Source of the DNA: Pristiophorus japonicus
Lineage: Eukaryota
Direction of reading: 5' to 3'
Assembly (NCBI RefSeq): GCF_044704955.1
Contig: NC_091984.1
Span: forward strand, 147,064,001 to 147,128,000
Length of the DNA stretch: 64,000 nt
Shown here: piece by piece, positions 1 through 12,439 of the stretch
How the letters are laid out: every line of letters starts with the position of its first letter
Numbering within the stretch: the first letter of the stretch is position 1
The notes under the pieces: model-generated
Database searches by the model: none
What the model was told of the DNA's origin: nothing
What the model saw: only the letters and a program-made list of their open reading frames with translations
Position numbers and translations under genes: made by a program

Positions 1-84
1 ATAAGTTGTTGTTGTTGAATTGAGGCAAAATCCGGTATTCTGGATGTCACCGCTCCTTTTAACGCCCTCTCCAAAGCACGCACA

Positions 85-1442
85 GCAAATGTAACGCCCC
101 TATTTAAAAAAGGAGGCAGACAGAAAGCAGGAAACTATAGACCAGTTAGTCTAACATCTGTCGTTGGGAAAATGCTGGAGTCCATTATTAAGGAAGCAGT
201 AGCAGGACATTTGGAAAAGCATTGTTCAATCAAGCAGAGTCAGCACGGTTTTATGAAAGGGAAATCATGTTTGACAAATTTTCTGGAATTCTTTGAGGAT
301 GTAACGAGCAGGGTGGATGAAGTGGAACCAGTGGATGTGGTGTATTTGGATTTCCAGAAGGCATTCGATAAGGTGCCACATAAAAGGCACAAGATAAAAG
401 TTCACGGGGTTGGGGGTAATATATTAGCATTTATCGAGGATTGCTTAACTAACAGAAAACAGGGAGTCAGAATAAATGGGTCATTTTCCCGTTGCCAAAC
501 GGTAACTTGTGGGGTGCCACGGGGATCAGTGCTGGGGCCTCAATTATTTACAATCTCTATTAATGACTAAGGGACCGAGTGTAAAGTAACCAAGTTTGCT
601 GGGAGGACAGACGCACCAACATTAGTGTCCTCGACCAGACCAACATCCCCAGTATTGAAGCACTGACCACATTGATCAGCTTTGCTAGGCAGGCCACATT
701 GTCCACATGCCAGACATGAGACTCCCAAAGCAAGCGCTCTCCTCGGAACTCCTTCACAGCAAACAAACCAAAGATGGGCAGAGGAATATTACGAGGACAC
801 CCTCAAAGTCTCCCTGATAAAGTTCAACATCCCCACTGACACCTGGGAGTCCCTGGCCAAAGACCTCCCTAAGTGGAGGAAGTGTATCCTGGAGGACGCT
901 GAGCACTTCGAGTCTCATCGCCGAGAGCATGCAGAACCCAAGCACAGGCAATGGAAGGAACACGCGGCAAACCTGTCCCACCCTCCCTTAACCTCAACAA
1001 CTATATGTCCCACCTGTGGCAGGGACTGTTCAGCCACCTAACGACTCATTCTACGAGTAGAGGCAAGTCTTCCTCGATTCCGAGGGACTGCCTATGATGA
1101 TGGGTGGGAAAGCAAATTGTGAGGACACAAAAAATCTGCAAAGGGATATAGACAGGCTAAATGAGTGGGTAAAACGTTGGAAGATGGAGTATATTGTGGG
1201 AAAATGTGATGTAATTCACTTTGGCAGGAAAGCAATTTATTTTTTAATTGGAGAAAAATTGCAAACTGTTGCAGTGCAGAGGGACCTGAGGGTCCTGGTG
1301 CATGAAACACAAAAAGTTAGTATGCGGGTACAACAAGTGATCAGGAAAACAAATGGAATATTGGCCGTTATTGTAAGGGGCGGGGAGGGGGAGTATAAAA
1401 GTAGGGAAGTCCTGCTACAACTGTACAGGGTATTGGTGAGAC
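85..1442 (+). mobile_element. Degenerate CR1 LINE RT fragment interrupted by an RTE-type LINE 3' fragment (about 601-1100)
   Basis: YLDFQKAFDKVPH and GVPRGSVLGP motifs; insert encodes RTE-like 'WESLAKD..KWR' and ends GAGGGACTGCCTATGATGATG; CR1 resumes after it. Confidence 0.85.
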
Positions 1443-1619
1443 CCCCCTGAGAACCCCCACACCCGATCGCCCAGGTTCCCCCCCGTTCCCACAAGGTCAG
1501 CCCCCGATCACTCCCCTGGTCTACCCTCCACCCCCCCCGCCCCCCAACCCTCCTCCCCCCAGCCCCCTAACGACCCCCGACTCCCCCAGGAGCTGGAGCA
1601 TCTCCTCAGGCCGACATAA

Positions 1620-1680
1620 CAGTGCTGGGTAGCAGTCACTAACACACAGACACAAACCTACAGACAGTGCCAGGTAACAG

Positions 1681-1715
<35 letters not shown>

Positions 1716-1910
1716 TAGTCAGTGCTGGGTAACAGTCACACACACACACTTACACACCTACAGGCGGTGCTGGGTAACAGTCTCACACACAACACACACA
1801 CACCTACAGATGGTGCTGGGGAACAGTCACACACACAACACACACACACCTACAGACGGTGCTGGGGAACAGTCACACACACACACACACCTACAGGCGG
1901 TGCTGGGTAA
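1620..1910. repeat. (CA)n-containing minisatellite GTGCTGGGTAACAGT(CA)nCCTACAG
   Basis: About 7 imperfect units seen directly. Confidence 0.85.
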
Positions 1911-2417
1911 GCCACACTAACACTCAGGGACATGTACACGGTGATACACTGACTGCTCCTCTCCCTAAGCTGAGGCCTCACTCGGTACAGTTTTGTGCTG
2001 CTGCCACGAGCCACCCGTTAAGGAGAGAGAATGCAACGTTGTGACTGTGGCCTCCTGCCCCCAGATTGCCCCCAGCAGTCAGCACAGAGTGCACAGTGCG
2101 ATCCCACCATCGGGGGCTGCCCCAACACCCCCAGTGTGCAGAGTGAGAGCCAATGCTCAAACTGGGAGGGTTGAACACCAGCAGCTTTTAGTGTCTCTGT
2201 GTTTAATCTTGTGCACTCCAGGGGTTCAAGGTCAAATTGATCGTTTTAAAATGATTGAAAAATTGGCTTTGAATCAAATCTCCTGCTGATGTGCCATTGA
2301 TTGACAGCACACCCAGCCAATCAGGAAAGACACTTACTGAAATGCAGCCAATCCAGCTGAGGGGGAGGTGGGACATTTCCAAAGCACTCGCCAGACACAG
2401 ACTGAATATTCTTCACG

Positions 2418-2518
2418 TTTATTGCCTTTTACAGATTCACATTTACAGAAACAAGACTTGAATAAACAGCCCAGTGAGAGCGAGCTGGAGACATTCACAG
2501 GGAGAATGCAGCTTTATT
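2418..2518 (-). terminator. Two polyadenylation signals of the light-chain transcript
   Basis: AATAAA on minus at 2513-18 and 2418-23; a GT-rich tract (TCTGTGTCTGG) follows the distal one. Confidence 0.65.
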
Positions 2519-2713
2519 AAAACAGTTGTGAGGATTTTCTCCACACCATGAGAATCCTGTCCCTTTAAACGGGGACAAAACCTTGAATTGTAACAGCAGG
2601 GTGAGCAGGGAGGGGATCTGCTTACTGAAGCGGCACTTCGCAGTTTAACATTAGTTTTACTCTGCTGACAGTCTTCAGCATCTTCGAGAGGTTTTACTTG
2701 GCATCACGAGTCA

Positions 2714-2925
2714 ACACTGTCCCATCAAACCCGCCTAGGGCAGGTACAGCACGGGTTATAAACAGAGTAAAGCTCCCTCTACACTGTCCCATCAAACCCT
2801 CCCAGGGCAGGTACAGCACGGCTTAGATACAGAGTAAAGCTCCCTCTACACTGTCTCATCAAACACTTCCAGGGCAGGTACAGCACGGGTTATAAACAGA
2901 GTAAAACTTGCTCAACACTGCCCCA
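2714..2925. repeat. 67-bp tandem repeat x3 in the predicted 3' UTR
   Basis: ACACTGTCCCATCAAAC... units begin at 2714, 2781, 2848 and 2915 (partial). Confidence 0.9.
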
Positions 2926-3081
2926 ATAACGTGCCTTACCCCCTGACCCTCAGATGATTTCCCTGACCCAGTCCCGAGAAGGAAGAGAGTAGAAATGCAG
3001 TGCTGACAATGACCTTTGTCCTCCCGGCTCACCCCCTGTTCTATTTAAAGTTGCGTCTCCCCGCGGACTGTCCCTGACACA

Positions 3082-3410
3082 CTACGCACATTCTGCTCTC
3101 CTGATGCCCTTGCTGAGGGGAGAGGAGAGGCTCTCGTGGGTGAGGCTGCAGGAGAAGCTGGCGTTGGACTCCCAGTCGGAGCCAGAGAGGGTCAGCAGGC
3201 TGCTGACACTGTAGGTGTTGTCCGAAGCTCGCAGGTAGTCGCTGGTCTGGACCCCGGCCGAAATGGTCGCCCCGTCCTTCTTCCACTCCACCTCCACCGC
3301 ATCGGGGTAGAAGTGATCGGCGAGGCACACCAGGGTGGCAGTGCCCTTGGTCGTGACCTCCTCCGGGGAGGGGGGCAGCAGGGTCAGCGTGGGTGGTGTC
3401 TTCCCTCGGC
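3082..3410 (-). CDS. IGKC: Ig kappa-type constant exon (S-RGKTPPTLTLLPPSPEEVTTKGTATLVCLADHFYPD...WKKDG...FSCSLTHESLSSPLSKGIRRAECA*)
   Basis: Acceptor CTTTCAG| at 3411, phase compatible with J; C1-set motifs (LVC..FYP, W, YSVSS.L, FSC..TH), penultimate Cys, TAG at 3082-84; resembles nurse shark NS4 C region (from memory). Confidence 0.96.
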
Positions 3411-3649
3411 CTGAAAGGGAGGAGAAGGATGCTTAATAGGTGTATATTAATGTGTGTGTGTGTGTGTAACTGTGTGTGTTTCCGTGTGGGGATAATTCAC
3501 ATCTGATAACGGAGAGCTGGGTTAATGAACTCCTGGCTGGTGATTAACCATTCGAGGCGAGCAACACTAATTCTTAATCTTCTTTGCCTCACTTGATAAG
3601 TTTAATCTAAATATAAATGCGTTTGATCTTAAAGTGATTTAAAAAAGTC

Positions 3650-4075
3650 TTTCATTTATATAGCGCCTTTCAAAACTACCAGACATCTCAAAGTGCTTTA
3701 CAGCCAATGAAGTATAGTCACTGTTGTAATGTGGGAAACACAGCAGCCAATCTGCACACAGCAAGCTCCCACAAACAGTGATGTGATAACGACCTGATAA
3801 TCTGTTCTTCTGTCATGTTGGTTGAGGGGCAAATATTGACCAGGACACCGGGGAGAATTCTGCTGCTCTTCTTCGAAATAGTGTCCTGAGAGGGCAGATG
3901 GGGCCTCAGTTTAATGTCTCATCTGAAAGACGGCACCTCCAACAGTGCAGCACTCCCTCAGCACTGCACTGGAGTGTCAGCCTAGATTCTTGTGCTCAAG
4001 TCCCTGGAGTGGGACTTGAACCCACAACCTTCTGACTCAGAGGCGAGAGTACAACGCACTGAGCCACAGCTGATA
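3650..4075 (-). mobile_element. tRNA-derived SINE (SacSINE1/DeuSINE-like); further copies at about 10762-10950(-), 17860-18160(+), 38340-39110(+), 40420-40530(+)
   Basis: A/B-box-like head (GTGGGTTCAAGTCCC), shared body and AAAGGCGCTATATAAATG tail among copies. Confidence 0.8.
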
Positions 4076-6415
4076 CTCAAAATCATATTGGATTGTTGTA
4101 TAAACATCTGCAGTGCATGGTTGGCACACATTCAGCACTGAAATGGTTAACAGTAAGAGTCGGTAAAGATTGAGTGTCCCGTTAAGATGCTGTTCACTGG
4201 CAGGAAGCTCGAACTGTAGATGGGTGGATACAGGGGAAACAGGCTCAGCAGTGAGAAAGCTAAGATCACACACAGATCGGGAGAACTTTATCCGGGAATG
4301 TTGCAGCACACTTGTATAAACACACTGCAGCAAGGCTTCATGTTGGGGGTCGGTATAGAAGCTTCTAGATTGCATTTAAAAGCTTGCTGCCCAGCACCGC
4401 GGTGAGGCCCAGGGTGAGGATACAATTAGCCTCAGCGTACCGGGGGTCAGGCAGGGTCACTGCTCCCAATGATCCTGTGACCTCCTGGAAGGTCAGAGTG
4501 CGCGGACAATGAGCGAGGGTCAGGATCAGGGCCCACCCACTTCAATGAAAGAAAGCCTTGAATTTATATAGCGCCTTTCACAGCCTCAGGACGTCCCAAG
4601 GTGCTTTACAACCAATTGCACACAGGCAGATTTACGAGGATGTAGCCTGGACTGGAAAATGTTAGCAATTAGGAAAGATTGGATCTGCTGTAGTGTTTTC
4701 CGTGGAACAGAGGAGGCTGGGGGAGACCTTATTGAGGTGTATAAAATTATGAGGAGCCAATATAGAGTGGATAGGAAGGCTCTATTTCCCTTAGCAGACT
4801 GGTGAACAACCATGGCATAGATTTAAAGTAATTGGTGGAATGTTTATGTGGGTATTTGAGGGGAAATGTCTTCACCCAGAGGGTGGTGGGGGTCTGGAAC
4901 TCACTGCCTGAAAGGGTGGTAGAGGCAGAAACCCTCACCACATTTAAGAATTACTTGGATGTACACTTGAAGTGCCGTAACCTATAGGGCTCAGTCTCTG
5001 GGCTCAGTCTCTGGGCTCACACTGGGACAGTGAGCCCACTTGGGGAGGGGAGCTGTGCCCCAGCCAGAGGTAGTGCCTTCAGTAGTGAGATGGGGAACAG
5101 ATGACGGGCAGCCTGTGGTGTAGAGGGGAGACATTTCACCGGCCGAGGGCAGGTGCTGAGCCTGTTTACCTGTAAGAATGTGGTAAGTGGATGGGGAAAG
5201 TGGGCCGGGCACTGAGGTAACGTCCTGTGTTGCTGGTCGAATTGGTCATTTTAAACATGGCATCTTCCCATTCTCCCTGCCACATGTCTCCGTGGTTGAT
5301 TTTGCAGAACCTTACAGTCCCCCGTTAAAACACTCTGTCTCAGGATGTTTTCAAAATGTGAAGCAAAACCTTTTCCCTCTCACAGAGCCAATCTTCCCCA
5401 AATCTTACCTAAACCCACGATAAAACATTAAAATACACCAATGGTATTCATACATTCGGAATCAATACAATACTGAAAATGTAAAAATGTTTCTCAACCA
5501 ATACCCTTCACCAAAATCATAATAGTACATATGTAAGGTTCTGCAAAACCAACCATGGAGACATGTGGCAGGGAGAATGGGAAGATGCCATGTTTAAAAA
5601 GATGCCATGTTTAAAATGACCAACTGCAGCCAACAGCCTGTAAACCGCGGAGGATGATGGGACTCTGGCCACCCTGTACAGTACCAGACAGTGTTGCATG
5701 GGCACGGAACCGGACGGGGGATGAGCCAGCTACGGTGGGGGGAGAGGAGTGTACATTCGGTTCTTCCAGGAAAATGGATACAAGGCAACTTTATATTTTG
5801 AAAGGACATTTCTCCAGCTTTTTGTGTAAAAACCTCACAGAAGAGGCAACATGTCCAGGCAAAACCTCCCCAGTAATACACAAGGCAACAGAATGGGTAT
5901 CAGTTGAATAATTAAACAAAGGCCCACAGGTCTGATGCAATCATTTTGGCCAGCTCAGACAGAGTGGCACATCTGTCGAGATAGTTAACAATCATCTTCA
6001 TTCACCCCATCAGTGAGCGACAGGATACAGGAGGTGTGGCTAATCTCCCATTCCAGACAGATCGATACACATCGAACTTCCATTCACACCCCATTTTATT
6101 CAAGGAAGACCCAAGACAATGGCATACAGTTTTGGCGCGAAGATGAACAGACTATAAGAAAAGCTGCAAAAACACACAAGGGTTGTTGGAGGTTTGGGTT
6201 GGAGGTTGAAGGTGTTGGATGTTGGGGGTTGGAGGTTGGAGGTTTTGGAGGTTGGGGGTTGGAGGTTGGAGGTTGGAGTCAGCTTTTGCATTGAGTTGTA
6301 GAGTTGAGTTAAGAAGGTGGGAGTCAGTGGATGAGTTGAGTTAAAGGGGAGTTGAGTCAGCTCTTCACAGGGTCCTCGCTCTGGGGAAAGTGTGCTTAAC
6401 TCCAGCAGCTTTTTG

Positions 6416-8957
6416 CTTGGGAGGGCATCAAACAGGAAATTAGGGGTGCATGCAATAAAGGTGCAGCAGTTATCATGGGTGACTTTAATATGCACATAGA
6501 TTGGGCTAAACAAACTGGAAGCAATACGGTGGAGGAGGATTTCCTGGAGTGCATAAGGGATGGTTTTCTAGACCAATATGTTAAGGAACCAACTAGGGGG
6601 GAGGCCATCTTAGACTGGGTGTTGTGCAATGAGAGAGGATTAATTAGCAATCTCGTTGTGCGAGGCCCCTTGGGGAAGAGTGACCATAATATGGTGGAAT
6701 TCTACATTAGGATAGAGAAAGAAACAGTTAATTCAGAGACCATGGTCCAGAACTTAAAGAAGGGTAACTTTGAAGGTATGAGGCGTGAATTGGCTAGGAT
6801 AGATTGGCGAATGATACTGAATGGGTTGACAGTGGATGGGCAATGGCAGACATGGATGAACTACAGCAATTATACATCCCTGTCTGGTGTAAAAATAAAA
6901 AAGGGAAGGTGGCTCAACCGTGGCTATCAAGGGAAATCAAGGATAGTATTAAAGCCAAAGAAGAGGAATACAAATTGGCCAGAAATAGCAGCGAACCTAG
7001 GGACTGGGAGAAATTTAGAACTCAGCAGAGGAGGACATAGGGTTTGATTAGGGCAGGGAAAATGGAGTACGAGAGGAAGCTTGCAGGGAACATTAAGACG
7101 GATTGCAAAAGCTTCTATTGATATGTAAAGAGAAAAAGGTTAGTCAAGACAAACGTAAGTTCCCTGCAGTCAGAATCAGGGGACGTCATAATGGGGAACA
7201 AAGAAATGGCAGACAAATTGAACAAGTATTTTGGTTCGTTAATCACTAAGGCGGACACAAACAACCTTCCGGATATAAAAGGGGTCAGAGGGTCTAGTAA
7301 GAAGGAGGAACTGAGGGAAATCCTTATTAGTCGGGAAATTGTGTTGGGGAAATTGATGGGATTTGAAAGCCGATAAATCACCAGGGCCTATTGGTCTGCA
7401 TCCCAGGGTACTTAAGGAGGTGGCCTTGGAAATAGCGGATGCATTGACAGTCATTTTCCAACATTCCATAGAGTCTGGATCAGTTCCTATGGAGTGGAGG
7501 GTAGCCAATGCAACCCCACTTTTTAAAAAAGAAGAGAAAGAGAAAACAGGGAATTATAGATCGGTCAGCCTGGTATCGGTAGTGGGTAAAATGATGGAAT
7601 CAATTCTTAAGGATGTCATAGCAGCGCATTTAGAAAGAGGTGACATGATAGGTCCAAGTCAGCATGGGTTTGTGAAAGGGAAATCATGCTTGACAAAACT
7701 TCTGGAATTTTTTTGAGGATGTTTCCAGTAGAGTGGACAAGGAAGAACCAGTTGATGTGGTGTATTTGGACTTTCAGAAGGCTTTCGACAAGGTCCCACA
7801 CAAGAGATTAATGTGCAAAGTTAAAGCACATGGGATTGGGGGTAGTGTGCTGACGAGGATTGAGAACGGGTTGGCAGAAAAAAAGCAAAGAGTAGGAGTA
7901 AATGGGTACTTTTCAGAATGGCAGGCAGTGACTAGTGGGGTACCACAAGGTTCTGTGCTGGGGCCCCAGCTGGTTACATTGTACATTAATGATTTATACG
8001 AGGGGATTAAATGTAGTATCTCCAAATTTGCGGATGACACTAAGTTGGGTGGCAGTGTGAGCTGCGAGGAGGATGCTATGAGGCTGCAGAGTGACTTGGA
8101 TAGGTTTGGTGAAAGGGCAAATGCATGGCAGATGAAGTATAATGTGGATAAATGTGAGGTTATCCACTTTGGTGGTAAAAACAGAGAGACAGACTATTAT
8201 CTGAATGGTGACAGATTAGGAAAAGGGGAGGTGCAACGAGACCTGGGTGTCATGGTATGTCAGTCATTGAAGGTTGGCATGCAGGTACAGCAGGCGGTTA
8301 AGAAAGCAAATGGCATGTTGGCCTTCATAGAGAGGGAATTTGAGTACAGGGGCAGGGAGGTGTACTACAGTTGTGCAGGGCCTCTGTGAGGCCACACCTG
8401 GAGTATTGTGTACAGTTTTGGTCTCCTGACCTGAGGAAGGACATTGTTGCTATTGAGGGAGTGCAGCGAAGGTTCACCAGACTGATTCCCGGGATGGCGG
8501 GACTGACATATCAAGAAAAACTGGATCAACTGGGCTTGTATTCACTGGAGTTCAGAAGAATGAGAGGGAATCTCATTGACACGTTTAAAATACTGACGGG
8601 TTTAGACAGGTTAGATGCAGGAAGAATGTTCCCAATGTTGGGGAAGTCCAGAACCAGGGGTCACAGTCTAAGGATAAGGGGTAAGCCATTTAGGACCGAG
8701 ATGAGGAGAAACTTCTTCACCCAGAGAGTGGTGAAGCTGTGGAATTCTCTACCACAGAAAGTTGTTGAGGCCAATTCACTAAATATATTCAAAAAGGAGT
8801 TAGATGTAGTCCTTACTACTAGGCGAATCAAGGGGTATGGCGAGAAAGCAGGAATGGGGTACTGAAGTTGCATGTTCAGCCATGAACTCATTGAGTGGCG
8901 GTGCAGGCTCGAAGGGCCGAATGGTCGACTCCTGCATCTATTTTCTATGTTTCTATG
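6416..8957 (+). mobile_element. 5'-truncated CR1 LINE (APE C-half + RT), frameshifted
   Basis: GDFN, SDHN, FADD motifs, TTCTATGT tail; highly similar to 21369-23863. Confidence 0.93.
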
Positions 8958-9170
8958 AGCCAACCGAGAGGCAACCGACGCAACATCGAGGAGTAAAACC
9001 GAACTGACAAAATGTAAAACCCACCCCAGAGGGACCCCGACCTGAAATAATTGCCCCCAGAACCCCGGAGTTGATAGGATTGTGAGTGTAGCCCAAACCC
9101 CCTCACAGACACAATTTAGGACAGGAATTGGTAAGAAGGTAAAAAAGGTTGCAGCATTGATTCATGAAGA

Positions 9171-10463
9171 GGAAATCATGTTTGACTAACTTACTGGAAT
9201 TCTTTGGGATATAACGAGCATGGTGGATAGAGGTGTACCGATGGATGTGGTGTATTTAGATTTCCAAAAGGCATTCGATAAGGTGCCACACAAAAGGTTA
9301 CTGCAGAAGATAAAGGTACGCGGAGTCAGTGGAAATGTATTGGCATGGATAGAGAATTGGCTGGCTAACAGAAAGCAGAGAGTCGGGATAAATGGGTCCT
9401 TTTCCGGTTGGAAATCAGTGATTAGTGGTGTGCCACAGGGATCAGTGCTGGGACCATAACTGTTTACAATATACATAGATGACCTGGAAGAGGGGACAGA
9501 GTGTAGTGCAACAAAATTTTCAGATGACACTAAGATTAGTGGGAAAGCGGGTTGTGTAGAGGACTCAGAGAAGCTGCAAGGAGATTTGGATAGGTTAAGC
9601 GAATGGGCTAAGGTTTGGCAGATGGAATACAATGTCAGAAAGTGTGAGGTCATCCACCTTGGGGAAAAAACAGTAAAAGGGAATATTATTTGAATGGGGA
9701 GAAATTACAACATGCTGCGGTGCAGAGGGACCTGGGGGTCCTTGTGCATGAAACTCTTTTAGTTCCAAAAGGTTAGTTTGCAGGTGCAGCAGGTAATCAG
9801 GAAGGCGAATGGAATGTTGGCCTTCATTGCGAGAGGGATGGAGTACAAAAGCAGGGAGGTCTTGCTGCAACTGTATAAGGTATTGGTAAGGCTGCACCTG
9901 GAGTACTGCGTGCAGTTTTGGTCACCTTACTTAAGGAAGGATATACTAGCTTTGGAAGGGTACAGAGACGATTCACTAGGCTGATTCCAGAAATGAGGGG
10001 GTTACCTTATGATGATAGATTGAGTAGACTGGGTCTTTACTCGTTGGAGTTCAGAAGGATGAGGGGGGCTCTTACAGAAACATTTAAAATCATGAAAGGG
10101 ATAGACAAGATCGAGGCAGAGAGGTTGTTTCCATTGGTAGGGGAGACTAGAACTAGGGGGCACAGCCTCAAAATACGGAGGAGCCAATTTAAAACCGAGT
10201 TGAGAAAGAATTTCTTCTCCCAGAGGGTTGTGAATCTGTGGAATTCTCTGCCAAGGGAAGCAGTTGAGGCTAGCTCATTGAATGTTTTCAAGTCAAAGAG
10301 AGATAGATTTTTAACCAATAAGGGAATTAAGGGTTACGGGGAGAGGGCGGGTAAGTGGAGCTGAGTCCACGACCAGATCAGCCATGATCTTATTGAATGG
10401 CGGAGCAGGCTCGAGGGGCTAGATGGCCTACTCCTGTTCCTAATTCTTATGTTCTTATGTTCT
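9171..10463 (+). mobile_element. CR1 LINE 3' fragment
   Basis: RT motifs with stops, (TTCTTATG)n tail. Confidence 0.9.
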
Positions 10464-11489
10464 TAAGGGTGGAAGTGGGAGGTGGGTTTGTGTGTGGGTG
10501 GAATGTTTCAACCTCTTATCTTCCCCTTCCCTGTTGCGAGAATTTTTCGTGTTGTTGAGTGAGATTGTGCCATTACTGCTATTTACGACCTCTTCCTATG
10601 CCCTCTATCTTTGTGTTTACTATTGTAAATAAACAACATTAGCCATTTTGTACTCTTAGCCACTGTGTCTGGTGCCTCATTACTCACCCATCCTCATAAA
10701 TCGCACATACAGAACCTCAGGGGAGTGGGGATTTGAACCCACACCCCAAGCTCCCTTTACACCTGCATTTATATAGCGCCTTTGACACCTGAGGATGTCC
10801 CAAAGTGCTTCACAGCCAATGAAGTACATTTTTGAAGTGCAGTCACTGTTGTAATGTGGGAAACACGGCAACCAATTTGTGCACAGTAAGCTCCCACACA
10901 CAGCAATGTGGTAATTGAGATTTTTAAGCGATGTAGGTTGAGGGATAAATATCGGCCTGAACTCGAGCCACAGAAACAGCAACTGAGAGTCTCCCCACAA
11001 CCCTGGAGCACTGCAGCCGCCGGATTGCGAGCCCTGCTGCCCCTGTTTGTGATCAGAAGTTGGACAGGAGGTGAGCGGGGGCTGGACAGATCAGAGTTGG
11101 AGCTGGGGGAGGCGGGACCTCGGGAGTGTCAGTGTGCTGAGGCTGAGCTCAGTTATATCAGAGACTGTGACAGGAGCACAGACTGCCCCCAGCGAGCTCA
11201 CTCACTCACACCCACACTCTGCCCGTGTCTCACACACCGTGTCTGTCACACTGAGACAGGCAGGAGGCTCGGGAGCGATTTCCGGGGATGGTGCAGGGAT
11301 GGGACCGCAGTGTGCCAACGTCCAGATCTCCTCCACACGGTGGGTAACAGTTCGTTACTTATACTTTGCTGGGTGAAGGGGGAGTGTGGGTAAAGGAATA
11401 CAGCCGGGCTCCCTGTCATACACAGCACTCTTCAATTAACACTTTCATTCACCGCAGCTCCCCACCATATTATATAACCCATACACAGG

Positions 11490-11910
11490 CACTGGAGAGG
11501 GTGCAGAGAAGGTTTACAAGGATGGGACCAGAAATGCGAGGGTGTACATATCAGGAAAGGATGAACAGGCTGGGGCTCTTTTCTCTTGAGGCTGAGGGGG
11601 TGACCTGATAGAGGTCTTTAACATTGGGAAAGGTTTTGATAGAGTGGATACAGAGAGAGTGTTTCCACTTGTGGGGAAGAGCAGAACTAGAGGCCATCAA
11701 TATAAGATAGTCAGCAAGAAATCCAATCGGGAATTCAGGCGAAAATTCTTTACCCAGCAAGTGGTGAGAATGTGGAACTGGCTACCACTGGGAGTGATTG
11801 AAGTGAATAGTATCGATGTATTTAAGGGGAGGCTAGACAGGGATATGAGGGAGAAGGGAATAGAGGGTTATGCTGATAGATTTAGATGAGGAAAAACGGG
11901 AGGATCGAGT
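11490..11910 (+). mobile_element. CR1-like LINE 3' fragment
   Basis: LERVQRRFTRM...FFTQQVVRMWN translation. Confidence 0.8.
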
Positions 11911-12010
11911 GTAATCATACGTAAACTAACACCTTCGCATATTCAGCATTTATGTCTTAAAAAGATTCAGTATTTAAAGTGTTAATAACGGAGGATTGGG
12001 GTTTACTTAC

Positions 12011-12045
12011 TCAGTCTGAGCTTGGTTCCTTTACCGAACGTGAGC
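12011..12045 (-). CDS. IGKJ: Ig kappa-type J gene segment (LTFGKGTKLRL-S)
   Basis: FGxG motif, phase-1 donor A|GTAAGT at 12010, flanked by 23-RSS. Confidence 0.95.
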
Positions 12046-12084
12046 CACAGTGACAGCTTCCAGTGCAGCGGCTGTACAATATCC
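12046..12084 (+). promoter_or_regulatory. J recombination signal sequence, 23-bp spacer
   Basis: CACAGTG (12046-52) - 23 nt - ACAATATCC (12076-84) abutting the J coding end; V12/J23 is the kappa configuration. Confidence 0.93.
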
Positions 12085-12439
12085 TCCGTCCCTGGCTCAC
12101 TCAGTCTCTCTCCCCCTCTCTCTGTCTGTGTGTGTGTCTGTGTCTTTCTCAGCGTCTCACTCTCCCTCATTTTTTCTCTCTCTTTCTCACTCTCTCTCTC
12201 ACACATTCTGTTTCTCTCTGACTACCTCTCACTCTTTCCCCCTCTCCCACTCCCCCTTCACCTCCCTCCCTCACTCACTTCTCCTCCATCTCCCTCACTC
12301 CATCCCTCACTCACTCACTCTCTCTCTTTCCCTGTCCCTCACTCTCTCCCTCCCTCTCTCTCTATGTCTGAGTTGCCTGTGGCAGTGCCCGGGAGAGTTG
12401 GGGATCCGACGTGTTTGGGACAAATCTCCCAGCTGCCCT

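Larger units (their letters stand above)
5532..10761 (+). mobile_element. LTR-like element split by two CR1 insertions
   Basis: TGTAAGG...CCTTTACA termini, TATAAG near 6153, AATAAA near 10628; no TSD found. Confidence 0.5.

Noticed and set aside
4000-4075. tRNA-like A/B boxes
   Set aside because: Head of a SINE, not a full cloverleaf tRNA gene
4990-5240. GGCAGGTG and TGTGGT motifs as an intronic enhancer
   Set aside because: Probably within an LTR-like element, and no conservation evidence in the window
12003-12206. 67-aa ORF ending in the J sequence
   Set aside because: Read-through of the GA-rich tract and RSS; only 12011-12045 is coding
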